Shown here piece after piece: positions 11,124-24,101 of a stretch of 34,728 bases of DNA. The translations under genes were made by a program, and so were the position numbers. The notes under the pieces are model-generated. The model saw nothing but the letters and a program-made list of their open reading frames with translations, did no database searches and was not told the origin of the DNA. Source of the DNA: Octopus sinensis (lineage: Eukaryota). The stretch is taken from assembly GCF_006345805.1 (NCBI RefSeq), contig NW_021831685.1:1-34728 (forward strand), written 5' to 3'. Position 1 is the first letter of the stretch; every line of letters starts with the position of its first letter.

Positions 11124-11345
11124 AAGCGTTCTGCCAAAGTCGTTAGCGCTCTGGGCAAAATGTTTCGCAGCATTTCGTCCTTCTGTCTTAAAGACGTTCT
11201 GAGTTCAAATTCCGCAAAGGTCGACATTGCTTTTCATCCTTTTGAAGTTGATAAACTAAGTACCAGCTGAGTACTGAGGTCGATGTAATCGACCAATCCG
11301 TTCCCCTAAATTTTCAGGCCTTGTGCCTATAGTAGAAAAGAGTAT
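11124..11345 (+). mobile_element. tRNA-derived SINE (family 4, MetaSINE-like core)
   Basis: B box gagttcaaattcc, followed by gcttttcatccttttgaagttgataaactaagtaccag; matches 16996-17230. Confidence 0.8.
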
Positions 11346-11348
11346 TGT

Positions 11349-11538
11349 AATTATTTATATTATTATTATTATTATTATTATATTATTATTATATTATTAT
11401 TATTATTATTATTAATATTATATTATTATTATTATTCATTATCATTATCATTATTATTATATCATTCTTATTATTTTATTATTATTAGTATTATTATTAT
11501 TATATTATATTATTATTATTAGTATATTATTATTATTA

Positions 11539-11569
<31 letters not shown>

Positions 11570-11660
11570 GTTGCTGACTTTATTGTTGCTGTAAACAGTT
11601 TTGTAGTTTTTTCCCTTGTTGTTGTTCATGTTGATGTTGTTGTTGTTGTTGTTGATGCTG
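11349..11660. repeat. (TAT)n then (GTT)n microsatellites
   Basis: Direct reading. Confidence 0.95.
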
Positions 11661-11774
11661 TTACTGACAATTAGTTAATGCTGGTAGTATAGTTGTAGTG
11701 GTAGTGGACGCAGCAGCAGCAACGATCGAGTGGGTGACACTGGAGTCATAGAGTAAGGGTGTGCATAAATGTCA

Positions 11775-12975
11775 TGGTGGTGGTGGTGGTGGTGGTGGTG
11801 GCAGAGAAGTTGCAGGTGCTGGCTGCTCATGATCATAGCGGTGGTACTGGTGGTGGTGGTGGTTGCGTGGTGGTGGCGATGGTTCAATCCGTTAAGTGGT
11901 GGTCTTCACCGATCCCCACAAAATCAATTAAGCAGGGAAATTTGCAACAATTTTGTCAGCAGCTGCACATCGTTATTGCCATCATCATTATCATAATCAT
12001 AATCATCATCATCGTCGTCGTGATTGTCATTGTTGTGGTCGTCGTCATCATTATCATCATCATCATCGTCGTCGTTGTCGTCGTCGTCGTTGTCGTCATC
12101 ATCGTCGTGATCGTTGTCGTCGTCGTCATCGCTATCCTCCTCTTCCTTCCCTCTCTTCCTCCTCCTCCTCAACCTCTCTATCAACGTCGTCGTCGTCGTC
12201 ATTGTCGTCATCATAATCATCACCCTCGTAGTAGTTGCAGTCGTGATAATGTACTTCATCATCATCACCACCATCATCATCATCATCACCGCCACCACAA
12301 CCAGCTCCACTACCACCACCACCAACACCACAAGCACCACTACAAGCACCACCACCACCACCACCTTCACCAACGATATCAAGGCCATTTGTACCACAGC
12401 AGTAACCATCCTGACCAACGCCTGAATTAAAGTCACCAACACTACAGACATGACCACCCCACCACCAACAACAACAACAACAACAACAATAACAACAACA
12501 GCAACATTATTACTATTTTTAAGACGAATACCGCTAACATACTCAACGTTACAACCATTCTTATCGTCACAGCTAATAATAACACCATTTTCTACTAGAA
12601 ATCAAGGAAAATCAGTGACCATCACTAATACTACCACCTCGACCATCAACACCACTATGAGCAACATTAACACTAGCACCAACCCTAGCGATGTTAGCAT
12701 TGCCATTTACCACTACGAGTCTCATGCATTACGTCAACCATCTTCATCACTATCAACACGAACGTCATCAACCCCGCCAGTATTACCATCTGTTATTATT
12801 ATGGTTACCATCAGATTCCCTAGTACATTCATCATCATCATTACTTCTACATTCACCGCCAGTAGTAATGCTATCATCCCCACCTGTGCCACCACCATTA
12901 TCAGCAACAACAGATCATCCCCCCCACTATCATCATTACTCTCAGTGACAACAAAATAACAACAACAACAACAAC
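11775..12975. repeat. ~1.2-kb degenerate trinucleotide island (GGT/ATC/GTC/ACC/AAC)
   Basis: Direct reading; source of many low-complexity ORFs. Confidence 0.85.
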
Positions 12976-13319
12976 ACCATTACCTACGAAGACAAACAAG
13001 GCAATAACAAAATGAAGATATAAAATCTGTATATATATAAAAAAAAAACATGCTGATGACTATGAAAGACAGGTTTGTCAACCTCTAAGTATGTGAGTGA
13101 TAATGGTATATGATGGAGAAAGATGGGTGCAGTTAGTGTCAGCAATTAAACATACATGCACTCACACGCACACACAGGCACATACACACACACAGATAAA
13201 CAGTTATACTACATTAATGCCTTGCACTCTGAAACAGGTATGACTTATACAGTTATACAAATATATTATAGTAAAATGAGACGGACAAACCATATATACC
13301 ACGAATATTGTGTGTATAT

Positions 13320-13560
<241 letters not shown>

Positions 13561-14123
13561 GTATAAAGCGAAGTGCAGTTTGGTATTGATTGACCAAGTA
13601 TCGATGAGAAACGCACAGAAAAAAATGCAAGTGCTGAAGAAAGAGAGAAGGAAAGAAACGTATGATGGTGAAAGATAAAGAGGAAGAAGGAGAGCGAGAA
13701 CAACGGAGATTATTGTGAATTTTTCTATATTAAAAGTTATTTCATTAATGTTTTTTAGCCTACGGAGCGGAAGAATCGATAAGGAATCGTAGCCGGACTA
13801 AATGATTACGGATTAACGACTTTAGAATTTTTCGTAATTTTCCTGATTCTGTTTTTTTTTAGTTTTATTTATTTATTTTTTCCAGTATCGAATCGTAATC
13901 TACTTTGAATCTGGTTATTACTCCGCTAGGAGCGTATCACAATGCAATATGATCTAAACTAAATCTATCAAAGGCTAATGGATACCTGCTCCACGTGGTC
14001 ATGTAATCCAATACTTGACACTCATAGTTGAGTAATCGGTCATTAAATTATTCTAATAATGAGTTTCCCCTTGAAAACCGTCTGTAGACATTTAGTAGTA
14101 TTAAGACTGCATTTCACAGTCTT

Positions 14124-14352
14124 ACTATTCTTTTCTATTCTAGGCGCGAAAGAATTTGGGAGGGAACCAGTCGATTTGATCGAACCCACTCCGAACTGGT
14201 ACCTGATTTATTGATTTCTGCCCAGGTAAAATTTGCCTTTCATCTTTTCGCCGTCGATACATTAAGAACCAGTTGCGTACTGGGGTCGATGTAGTCTACT
14301 GTCGTCTTCCGCCAAAATTTCGGGCGTTGTGCCTAGAGTAGAAAAGAATATT
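14124..14352. mobile_element. Two family 4 SINE 3' fragments in opposite orientation
   Basis: 14124-14214 is a minus-strand tail piece (ctattctaggc..cagtcgatttgatcgaaccc..aactggtac). 14232-14352 is a plus-strand piece (tttgcctttcatc..ggggtcgatgtagtc..gtgcctagagtagaaaag). Confidence 0.7.
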
Positions 14353-14364
14353 ACTAGAGAAATA

Positions 14365-14591
14365 AGGAGAGCTAGCTGAAATGTTAGCATAATGGGCAAT
14401 ATGCTTAGCGGTACTTCATCTGTCTTTGTGTTCTGAGTTCAAATTCCGCCAAGTCGACCTTGCCATTGGTCCTTTTGGGGTCGATAAATTAAGTTCCAGT
14501 TGGTTACTAGTGTCGATCTAATCGACTGGCCCTCTCCCACCAAAATTTCTTCTCTACTATAGGCTTTGTGCCTTGAGTAGAGAAGAATATT
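14365..14591 (+). mobile_element. Family 4 SINE, full length, diverged
   Basis: Head aggagagctagctgaaatgttagc, B box gagttcaaattcc, core ggggtcgataaattaagttccag. Confidence 0.85.
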
Positions 14592-14793
14592 ACAGGAAAA
14601 TTATCAGCTCCAAAGTTCGTCGAAGGAGATGCTCAGAACCGAGGACAGTATCCTCTCAAAATAAATAGAACTTATATGTATATAAAATTCTGTTTAGGAA
14701 CGGTCAGGCTGGTTTAGAAAGCAGAAAAATGAGATTATGGGAAATAATGCGTAAAGCAGTTCAACTACCTAAACGATAGAAATCAATAATAAG

Positions 14794-15165
14794 GTGAAGG
14801 CCCTTGAGAGGAAGTTTGCCAGATACCAGGAGCTGGTAGAGCAGTGTAGAAAGTAAGGTTAACATACATATTGCGTGGAAACTAAAGTGGTCTGCTTTGT
14901 AGGGCTTTTTTTCTGTTAAGCTGTGATAAGCTTCAGGGTCCTGGTGAAGTGAAGGGGAAGACCATAAATTCTGTCAATGACGCTGTAGAGAACGACTCTG
15001 GTGACTTTTTTTATAAGAAGCGGCAAAATTTTAATTTGCTGCTGCTAGGGTGCAGTCTGGGATTTGTTTGACCACGATTGAGTCAATTGGGCAATGGAAA
15101 TATGAAGCTGAAAAGAATCGAATTCCATCGAATCACCGGAAATATCAGTGATAATGCATCGTAGA
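14794..15165 (+). pseudogene. 3' relic of a restriction-like-endonuclease non-LTR retrotransposon (HERO-like)
   Basis: VKALERKFARYQELVEQCRK*G*HTYCVETKVVCFVG...KGKTINSVNDAVEN resembles the RLE C-terminus ERK..KYQELV..C...GW...C...EVGCRGFVG. Downstream atcaccggaaatatcagtgataatgcatc resembles a HERO 3' UTR (recall). Confidence 0.7.
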
Positions 15166-15300
15166 CCATCCGTGAGATGCATCGTGGACACCATTCGTAG
15201 ATTTATCAGCTTCCAGTGTATTCTGGTGCGATACAGAATAGATTAGATAATCTGGCATGTACCTATTAATTATATGGCAATAAAGATGAAGAAATCTTAA

Positions 15301-15677
15301 AGGAGTGGCTGCGTGGTAAGTAGCTTACTTACCAACCACATGGTTTCGGGTTCAGTTCCACTGCATGGCACCTTGGGCAAGTGTCTTCTACTATAGCCGC
15401 GGACCGACCAAAGCTTTGTGAACTGAGTTGGTAGACGGAAGCACGAAGAATCCTGTCGTATATATGTATATATATGTGTGCATGTTTATGTATCTGTGTT
15501 TGTCCCCCTAGAATTGCTTGACAACCAATGCTGGTGTGTTTATGTCCCTGTATCTTGGGAGTTCTGCTTAAGAGACCGATAGAATAAGTACTGGGCTTAC
15601 AAAAAATAAGTCCCGGGATCGATTTTCTCGACTAAAGGCAGTGCTCCAGCATGGCCACAGTCAAAAGAATAAAAGAG
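15301..15677 (+). mobile_element. Family 1 SINE, full length
   Basis: Head ggagtggctgcgtggtaagtag, B-box-like gggttcagttcc, then gcaccttgggcaagtgtcttct, an internal (TA/TG)n and the tail aagaataaaaga. Confidence 0.9.
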
Positions 15678-16995
15678 TCTAACCGTGACCATTGCATATT
15701 TTACTCGGCTATAGTGTACCCAAAACTAATTTTTTCAATATCTCCTTGTTTTAAAAGTGAGATTTTATTTACTTTACCTTTTTTGTTTTTAATTAAAGTT
15801 AATAAATACTATTGGAATAAGATCTAGTTCCTCTTGCTAATTGAGATATAGCTGATAATTGCTAACTGTGCTTCAGACCTCCCTCCGATATAACTGCACG
15901 TCACATAGGGCGGTAATGATCTTTTTGAAAAGCATGGCAATTATCTAGAAAAACCATGCGGCATATTTGAAAGTAAAAAAGTAGCAATAATAGATCTTAT
16001 TTAAGAACCAGTCTGTGGGCGGAAACTTTATAATGGTGCATTAACCATCTAACATTATTTATCGTTACAGCGTTATATCTCGCAGTCCAGAGATATAATT
16101 TTGAAGGAGTACGCTTAAGATTTTATCCATCGTGGGACCATTAAGTGGTTACCAATAAAGATTTACCGTCAACTCAACCAACTATATCTATTATACTATT
16201 GGCAACAAAATTTTAAGCATTGTGGCAAAGAGGGAAATCGTTATTAACATTAGAATTATTAAGACGATATTGGGCGGTATACGTGAAATCATTAGAGCAT
16301 GAGAACAAAATGGCATGTCGTCATTAGGCCTCGTTCCTCTCTGTTTCTATTGCAAATCCTTCAGGGAATGGCATTAAATTTTGTCAATACTATGGTCAAT
16401 AAAATACGTATTACAAGGGAATATAATATCGCTCATAACACTCCCATAAAAAGTAAATACATGCTATTGTGCTCAACAAAAATATGATCATGGAAATATA
16501 ATTTGAGTAAGTTAGACAGCAGAATCGGAAAGAGAGCGCCAAGATATCTGTGGGACGCTGATCAAAATTACTCTATTAATACCTGTATTTTCCTTAAGGT
16601 TTCAGCTAAAATCTTACCAAGATTATGTTGCCTTAGCTGTATGTGATCCATAAGCTTTCAGATATATGATTAGGGATATATACATAAATCAAAAGTAAAA
16701 AAACAGCAAACGGAAATCCTCAAAATATAACAAGCAAGAAAAGGACGATAGCACAACAACGGCAAACAGAACAAAACAAGATACGGGGATCATTCACGGC
16801 GAATTCCTTCTTCAGTCGGTGTCTGGAATGTCCGCTTCGATACTTCTCGAAACCAGTCACAGCTTAGGGAGATGCATTATCAAATGTATTTCCTTATACA
16901 AAACGCTAAGGTGAATGCCATAGTGCTAAATTAAGATCAGAAGCCACGAGAGCCCCTGCCTGGTACTGCATTAGGGCAATTATTATTATTATTAA

Positions 16996-17230
16996 GGCGG
17001 CGAGCTGGCAGAAACGTTAACACGCTGGGCGAAATGCTTAGCAGTATTTCGTCTGCCGTTACGTTCTGGGTTCAAATTCCGCCGAGGTCGGCTTTGCCTT
17101 TCATCCTTTCGAGGTCGATAAATTAAGTACCATTTACGCACTGGGGTCGATGTAATCGACTTAATCCCTTTGTCTCTCCTTGTTTGTCCCCTCTATGTTC
17201 AACTCCTTGTGGGTAGTAAAGAAATATATA
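16996..17230 (+). mobile_element. Family 4 SINE (MetaSINE-like core), well preserved
   Basis: ggcggcgagctggcagaaacgttaacacg..gggttcaaattcc..gcctttcatcctttcgaggtcgataaattaagtacc. Confidence 0.9.
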
Positions 17231-17244
17231 TTATTATTATTATT

Positions 17245-17285
<41 letters not shown>

Positions 17286-17289
17286 TATT

Positions 17290-17339
<50 letters not shown>

Positions 17340-17367
17340 TATCATCATCATTATTATTATTATTACT
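17231..17367. repeat. (ATT)n(ATC)n(ATT)n microsatellite at the SINE tail
   Basis: Direct reading. Confidence 0.95.
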
Positions 17368-18867
17368 TTGTTCAATAGACATCAAAATCGGCAAATAAAG
17401 AAAAAGAAAGTATGAAGGTGGATTATAGTATCTAAATTTGTAACAGTATCTTCTTGGCTCAAATACCCCTCAAATCGACTTGAATTTTCTTCATTCTGTG
17501 TTAACTATCATCCTTGGGCATATATTGTTTTGATACTAGTGTTGCTTTTTTTGATGACGATAAATTCGACGTTTATGTTAGCGATGAATAACTGAATATA
17601 TTCGTAGCTGATAAGAACCTATGACAGAATGTAATCCATCCATGTCCACTCCGTTTGATTTTCATCAGTTATATAGTGCGACTGACTATGTTACTCACAC
17701 TGTTTTTTGGGGGTTTTTTTCATCTTTTAAGCAGAGGGATAAGATTAAAAGAAGTCACCTGGTTTCCCTTTCAAGTTTTTCCTTCCTTAAAACATTCGAA
17801 ATGTAATAGTAATATAACGTGATACATTCAACAGACTATGTTCAGGCCCCATATTTGTTTTGGCAAAGAGCCGCTCTCAAATATCATTATTACGACATAA
17901 GTTAAGAAAAGACCAAAAAAAAAAAGAAAAAGAAAAGTGGAAAACAAGGAAACTTGGTGGATTTTACACATCAGCTAACACCATGTTTCGGCCACTTATA
18001 TCAAAGAGAAGAGGATATCAATTTTCAAGTTAAATAGCTGAACATTATGAATCAATATATCCTGTTTCTAAACAATAATTATTATGATACAACAAAACGT
18101 ATCGATTTCCTTATGAAAATTTTATATCGTTCATCAAATGGACGATTGATTATCTTTTTTTTTGTCTTCTTCGTCTTTGTTTAACCTTTCAAGTGTTTTT
18201 CTATTGCTTTCTACTTAAAGCTTTTTTGTTAGACATTTTTATCTAGATTCGTCGCTTTTAAAACCTCTCCCTAGAGTCACCTCTCATGTTACACACTAGC
18301 AATTTATCCTTCATATTATATGAACCGCACTAATGGAAAAAAATACGAGAGTGAATATGACCCAATTTCACCTATTTTCATAAATATCATAACAGCAAAG
18401 AGAAAACAATTTGTTATTTCATGTAGATAAAAAATTTTTTGTTTTTATTTTCTTCTGCTTTTCTGCGCTTCTTATTTCTTTTATTTCTTTATTATAATTA
18501 TCTTTTTATTTTATGTGGTGTTCGAACTTCTGTTTTGAACGACCGTCCAACGAATATATTATTTGATCCTATCTAAAATCAAGAAATAAAAAAAAAATAA
18601 TGTTTTAAAGCTCTGGCTTTGGCTAATAGTCAGTTAATTTCTGTCCAAGAATTTATTACGGAGTAAACATCTTTTTAATGTTTTCTCTATCCCAGCCCAG
18701 GACTAGGACAGTGAGGCAGTTTATCTTCGTTCACCCAGGAAGTATATAATATTTATAAATAAATATACGAACAACATATACGAACTTGGTGCATGTGAAC
18801 ACCGAAGGTAGATATATTCTGTTAGATAGATTTAGTACTACTGTATATTAATTGTACAAAATTATTG

Positions 18868-19176
18868 TAATAAAGTTTGTTCCTTCTCGAACCATGCCTG
18901 CCTCATAAGGGCCGATTTCCCAGTTTCCTTAGTGTATAGGTTCCCCACATGGACGGGACGCCGGTCCGTCGCAGGTGAGCTGCAAGATGCAGGAGGAAAG
19001 AGTGAGAGAGATATGTGGCGAAAGAGTCCGCAGAAGTTCGCGATTATCATCTGCCGGAGCCGCTTGGAGCTGAGGTGTTTCGCTCATAAACACACACATC
19101 GAACAGTCTGAAATTCGAACTCGCGATCCCTCGACCGCGAGTCCGCTGCTCTAATCCCTAAGTCATGTGCCTCCAC
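18868..19176 (-). mobile_element. Family 2 SINE with an alternative 3' tail
   Basis: Minus-strand head gtggaggcacatgacttagggattagagcagcggactcgcggtc matches the 369-706 copy. The tail ggaaactgggaaatcggcccttatgaggcaggcatggttcgagaaggaac differs. Confidence 0.85.
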
Positions 19177-19365
19177 AAAATTTTTGGGGAGGGCGCCAGT
19201 CAACTAGATCAACTCCCGTACGCAACTGGTACTTAATTTATCGAGCCCGAAAATATGAATGGCAAAGTCGACCTCTGCGGAATTTGAACTCAGAACGTTA
19301 AGACAGACGAAATACCGCTAAACATTTCGCCCGGCGTACTAACGTTTCTACCAAGTCGCCGCCTT
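19177..19365 (-). mobile_element. Family 4 SINE, tail truncated at the adjacent family 2 SINE
   Basis: Reverse complement of the 16996 copy (ctggtacttaatttatcga..ggaatttgaactc..tcgccgcctt). Confidence 0.9.
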
Positions 19366-20062
19366 ACTGTAATAATACTAGTAAGAAAAAAATTGTTAAT
19401 AAATTAAAAATGCAAAAACAGAAAGACAGATATACAAATGGCAAGACAGCAAATTGGAAGACAGTTAAAACGGGAAGAAAAAGAGATTCGGAACATCGCT
19501 TGCCTTTTCCAATTTTGAAGATGTAGAGTTTTTGATAGGTACCTCATTTTATCGACCCTTCAAGGGCGAAAAACTATATTGATTGCGGTGGTGTCTGTGT
19601 TTTGATTTCAGAAAGCTGGTGTCGAAAGTAAATATCTCAAAACACTCTGTGTGATGCAGTAATACTTCTGCCAATCTAACGTCCTTACAACGGAAATGAC
19701 TTAACGGCATAGCTATGTTGATAAATAATACAAATAAGATGGTATCTCAAAATTATTCAGTGAGTGAAGAAATTCTATGTGCTTGATGATCAGGTGAGAA
19801 ATATTAGCCAAATTTTAATCATATCGCATTCTTCTATTCTGTTAAAAAAAAGTATAAAAAGGTTCATGTTACCCTGGACATGACAGCTTCGAATTGGCGA
19901 AGCCATTAAGGCTTTGAATAAAATACCTGACGATATTTGTTCCGGATATTTGTTCCGCTCTGAGATGATATCCAGCTTTACTCACCTCTTTACTTCTTCC
20001 CTTTGAAGTTCTTAAATAAGGTACTAATAAAGTACACGAATGAATTCTTCTTTTGTTCTCAG

Positions 20063-20317
20063 TATCGGCAACGTTGAAACATATGAGCAGACTTCGTTGT
20101 CCTTATCGCAACGTCCAGTCGTCCAGAAATGGAGACACGTTTAGTGGAGAACAAAGAAACGTGGTAGCACAGGAGAAGAAATGAAATTTCATTAGAAATG
20201 TTCAAAGATACATAGACGTGAAATACAATACTCAGGGAAAATTCAAATGTCTTCAAAATATAAATAGCTGGACCAGCCCGAATTTTATAACTAATTAATG
20301 AGACTGCCTGCTGTCAG
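20063..20317 (+). other. Candidate non-coding exon
   Basis: Acceptor aattcttcttttgttctcag| and donor CAG|gtaaga; stops in all frames. Confidence 0.3.
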
Positions 20318-20530
20318 GTAAGAATAGTCAATAGAGAGAATAATTATTTTAGCTACATTCCACCATTATAAGGAGAACATTCCTCAGCTCCGAGTTTCTT
20401 CATCGCAACAAAGTTCTAAGTATATATACGAGTTGAAATTAAATATCAAAATACTTTGATTGAACGTACACGATCGTAGTATCATTCACTCACACCACCA
20501 CATACATATGGGTTGTTGTCTCTTTTTTAG

Positions 20531-20719
20531 GTGATTATCGTCGTTGTCGTCACCATCGTCATCATCACCATAATCACCAGAACCAATATCGACATCACAT
20601 CAACACCACCGACACCGCCGTCGCCACGCCGTTACATACCCATCATCATCATCAATATCATCGTCGTCACCGTAGCCGTCGTCTTAAAGACTCTTTTGAG
20701 GAATATTTTGATAAACTTG
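20531..20719 (+). other. Candidate 189-nt symmetric exon, His/Arg-rich in phase 1
   Basis: Acceptor gtctcttttttag| and donor TTG|gttagg. Open frame DYRRCRHH...RSRRLKDSFEEYFDKL. Could be a decayed microsatellite. Confidence 0.3.
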
Positions 20720-20880
20720 GTTAGGTGGACAAATGTACGTATTAACCCCACACACATATGTGCACATTAGCCCCCCCCCACACACACACACACAGACACA
20801 CACAAATCCACACAGAAACAACACACATATCAACGTATGTGTATCTGTATGCATTTAGGCTTAGGTAAGCATGTATGTGA

Positions 20881-20925
<45 letters not shown>

Positions 20926-21034
20926 TATATATATATATATATAGATATATATAGATTCAAATGTGACCGCGTGTGTACCGTTGGCGATTTTTTCTTCCTC
21001 TGTCTTCCCTTCTCTGGATCTTTCCTTTTCCTAT

Positions 21035-21069
21035 GTTTCCGACGAAGAGCTCCGCTCGAAACGTTAAAC
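21035..21069 (+). ncRNA. Minimal hammerhead motif of a second Penelope-type family, one core mutation
   Basis: GTTT CCGACGA A GAGC tcc GCTC GAAAC GTT AAAC: perfect helix I (gttt/aaac) and helix II (gagc/gctc), with U4>C. Confidence 0.6.
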
Positions 21070-21410
21070 CGTCATTCTTCCCTTCCTTCCTGAGCGTCCA
21101 GTAATACTACATTTGTTCCTCGTCCTCGCGTTGTTGTGTTTTCTCTTTGTGTTTTCATGTTTGGATTAACTATATATATATATATATATGTAATATATAA
21201 ATATATGCATGAATACATACATATATGAACATACGTATATAATATGTATATATACATGCATATATATGGGTGCAGAATGTCAAAAAGACGTTGAACATAA
21301 TGAAAAACGAAAACATAAAAACAAAAGCAGACAAATGAATTTTATTCAAACAACGAAAAACAACGACAGGCAGACAGATACCTATGTATATACATACAAA
21401 CCTAGAAGGG

Positions 21411-21457
<47 letters not shown>

Positions 21458-21574
21458 ATTATTATACTGGATATCATATATATTATATATATGTTCCAGC
21501 GTATGTTCGTATGTATCGAAACCTATCTATTTAAACGCACACATGCACACACATATATGCGTGTATATAATTCA

Positions 21575-21794
21575 TGGATACGTACGTAAACACACACATA
21601 GATACATACATACATCATACATACATACATACATACATACATACATACATACATGGAAATAGTTATTTTCAGATAGAGGCAGAGATAAACAAAAATAAAC
21701 AGAGGAAACATATCCATCAGAAATTGTTGGTGCATGCCGCTACATTAGTAGCTTACACCTACTACAACGTACATGCGTAGATATGAGCCCGCTC

Positions 21795-21826
<32 letters not shown>

Positions 21827-21828
21827 TT

Positions 21829-21870
<42 letters not shown>

Positions 21871-21965
21871 TACATATATATATACATATATATATACATA
21901 CATATATATATATACATACATATATATATATACATACATATATATATATATTATATATATATATA

Positions 21966-22002
<37 letters not shown>

Positions 22003-22039
22003 TATATATATATTAGATATATATATAATATATATATAT

Positions 22040-22081
<42 letters not shown>

Positions 22082-22105
22082 AATATATAGATATGTATGT
22101 ATATA
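21575..22105. repeat. (CATA)n and long (TA)n tracts
   Basis: Direct reading. Confidence 0.9.
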
Positions 22106-22253
22106 CGACGGGCTTCTTTCAGTTTCTGTCTACCCCGTCCAATCAATAAGGACCGAGGCTATACTAGAATACACTGCCCCAAGGTGATACGCAGTGGGAG
22201 TGAACCCGGAAACAAGTCGTAGGGAAACGAGCTTCTTACCACACAGTCACGCC
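22106..22253 (-). mobile_element. 5' part of a family 1 SINE
   Basis: Minus-strand ggcgtgactgtgtggtaagaagctcgtttccc..gggttcactcccactgcg..accttggggcagtg..gaaactgaaagaagcccgtcg. Confidence 0.85.
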
Positions 22254-22284
<31 letters not shown>

Positions 22285-22848
22285 TATATTTGTATATATT
22301 CATAGATATATACAGGTACAGTTACGTGTCTATTTTTTCTGCTTGAGTATGTGTATAGTTACACATCAAACGATTTTAAATAGTTGAATGCAATAAAATT
22401 TACATGTTGATTATTCTTATTCGAAAAAAAAAAAATCCCCATTTGGAAAATAATAATTATTTGAAAATTATCAAATGGCGATACTGTCCGGAAATGGGGA
22501 ACAAAGCGAGAGAGGGAGTGAGGTGTAAGTTTATGCAAAAATATCGAGTTAAGATCGATGCGTGATGGATAGGAAGAACATGAAAGATAGTAACTGAGAG
22601 ACAGACTGCTAAAATTAAGAGGAGGGTAAGATATAAGAGAAGTGTCATTAAAGCAGGTGGACGTTAAAAAAGCAAATTGAAACAACTTTAGATTCATACC
22701 TATCTAATTATATGCCTACCTGCCAGCCTGGCTACCGCCCAACTTGCGCACTTATGTACATATACGGGCGCGCGCGCTTGCATTCGCACATGTATATACG
22801 TATGTGTGTGTGCACGTGAGCGCGTTTGCCGGAATCTACATATATACA

Positions 22849-22898
<50 letters not shown>

Positions 22899-23059
22899 CA
22901 TATAAATCATTAAATATATAAAATGTATATATATATATATTACAGATATACATATACCTACATAGCATCTATATCCATATATATATGTAAATATATATAT
23001 ACATATACATACATATATATAAATACACAACACATACGCACACACACGCACACACGCAC

Positions 23060-23090
<31 letters not shown>

Positions 23091-23339
23091 CACACAAATA
23101 CACACATATGCATCTTTATATATTCAATTATGAATGTATATGTGTATATGGATGCATAAGTATAAAAAAAGTAAACCTCATAAAACCTCCAGCTACATAC
23201 ACACTTACAAATAAGACCACCGTATAAAAATCTCTAAATACACAAATATTCAATTCATGCATACACTCACCAAAAGAATGGTGTATTTAGAAACTTTTAA
23301 TTTGAAAATAAAAATTAAATGAAAACATTAACATCATAG

Positions 23340-23830
23340 AAAATAAATGGATGCTAAATGAGATGAAAGCAAAAACTCAAATTACTTGATGTACCTCCAA
23401 TTCAAAGAAATACACGTATAGGTATAAACTGAAGAAAAACTACTTTAAAAACTCCTAGAATGAAAACCATAAGAAAGGACACAAATACTAAAATACTAAA
23501 ACCTATATGAATAAGCATTTAAATAATTAAACAAAACTGAGGAATGAAGTATTACTCTGAAGTAAACAAAATATAATTACAGAATTAAATGCGAGAACGA
23601 AAAATAAATTTAAACTTTTTGAGGTATTAAATAAACTAAAGAAACTCTATTGATGTAACCAATACCTGATTAAGGCGAAATCTGCTAAGTCTCACCAAAA
23701 GAGGTATTATAACCGCGAATCGTAAAGAAGGAGTAATCCTAAATACTCGTTTGTTTGCCTTGAGGTTTTTATGATTCTTAACGGTGCTATTTGTCGCTTG
23801 TCAATGCCTTAACCCGTGTTAAATGGTACC
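23340..23830 (+). pseudogene. Possible highly decayed Penelope-like GIY-YIG 3' relic
   Basis: Strongly A-rich sense strand. Pieced translation gives a YIG-like segment (tataggtata..actgaa) and KFKLFEVLNKLK, followed by cctgattaaggcgaaa. Many indels must be assumed. Confidence 0.3.
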
Positions 23831-23894
23831 AATTTATGTTCAAATCATTAGTGATGCGCATTATGAACTGCTGCAATAAAAGTGCGAAATGCAT

Positions 23895-24004
23895 GTCTAT
23901 ATATATATATATATATACAATATATATATATATATATATTATATATTATATATAATATATATATATATATATATAATAGATAGATAGATAGATAGATAGA
24001 TAGA

Positions 24005-24037
<33 letters not shown>

Positions 24038-24055
24038 CAGACAGAAGACAGACAG

Positions 24056-24101
<46 letters not shown>

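Noticed and set aside
12450-12959. 169-aa Thr/Ser-rich mucin-like ORF
   Set aside because: Continuous with a decayed (ACC/AAC/ATC)n island; no domain and no convincing splice signals.
16775-16820. Hammerhead-like ctgaagaagg..atcccc on the minus strand
   Set aside because: The GAAA box is absent and helix II is imperfect; at most a dead Penelope-type terminus.
18857-19186. TSD for the family 2 SINE (aaaattattg / aaaatttttg)
   Set aside because: Mismatched, AT-rich, and the left flank does not continue the neighbouring SINE tail.
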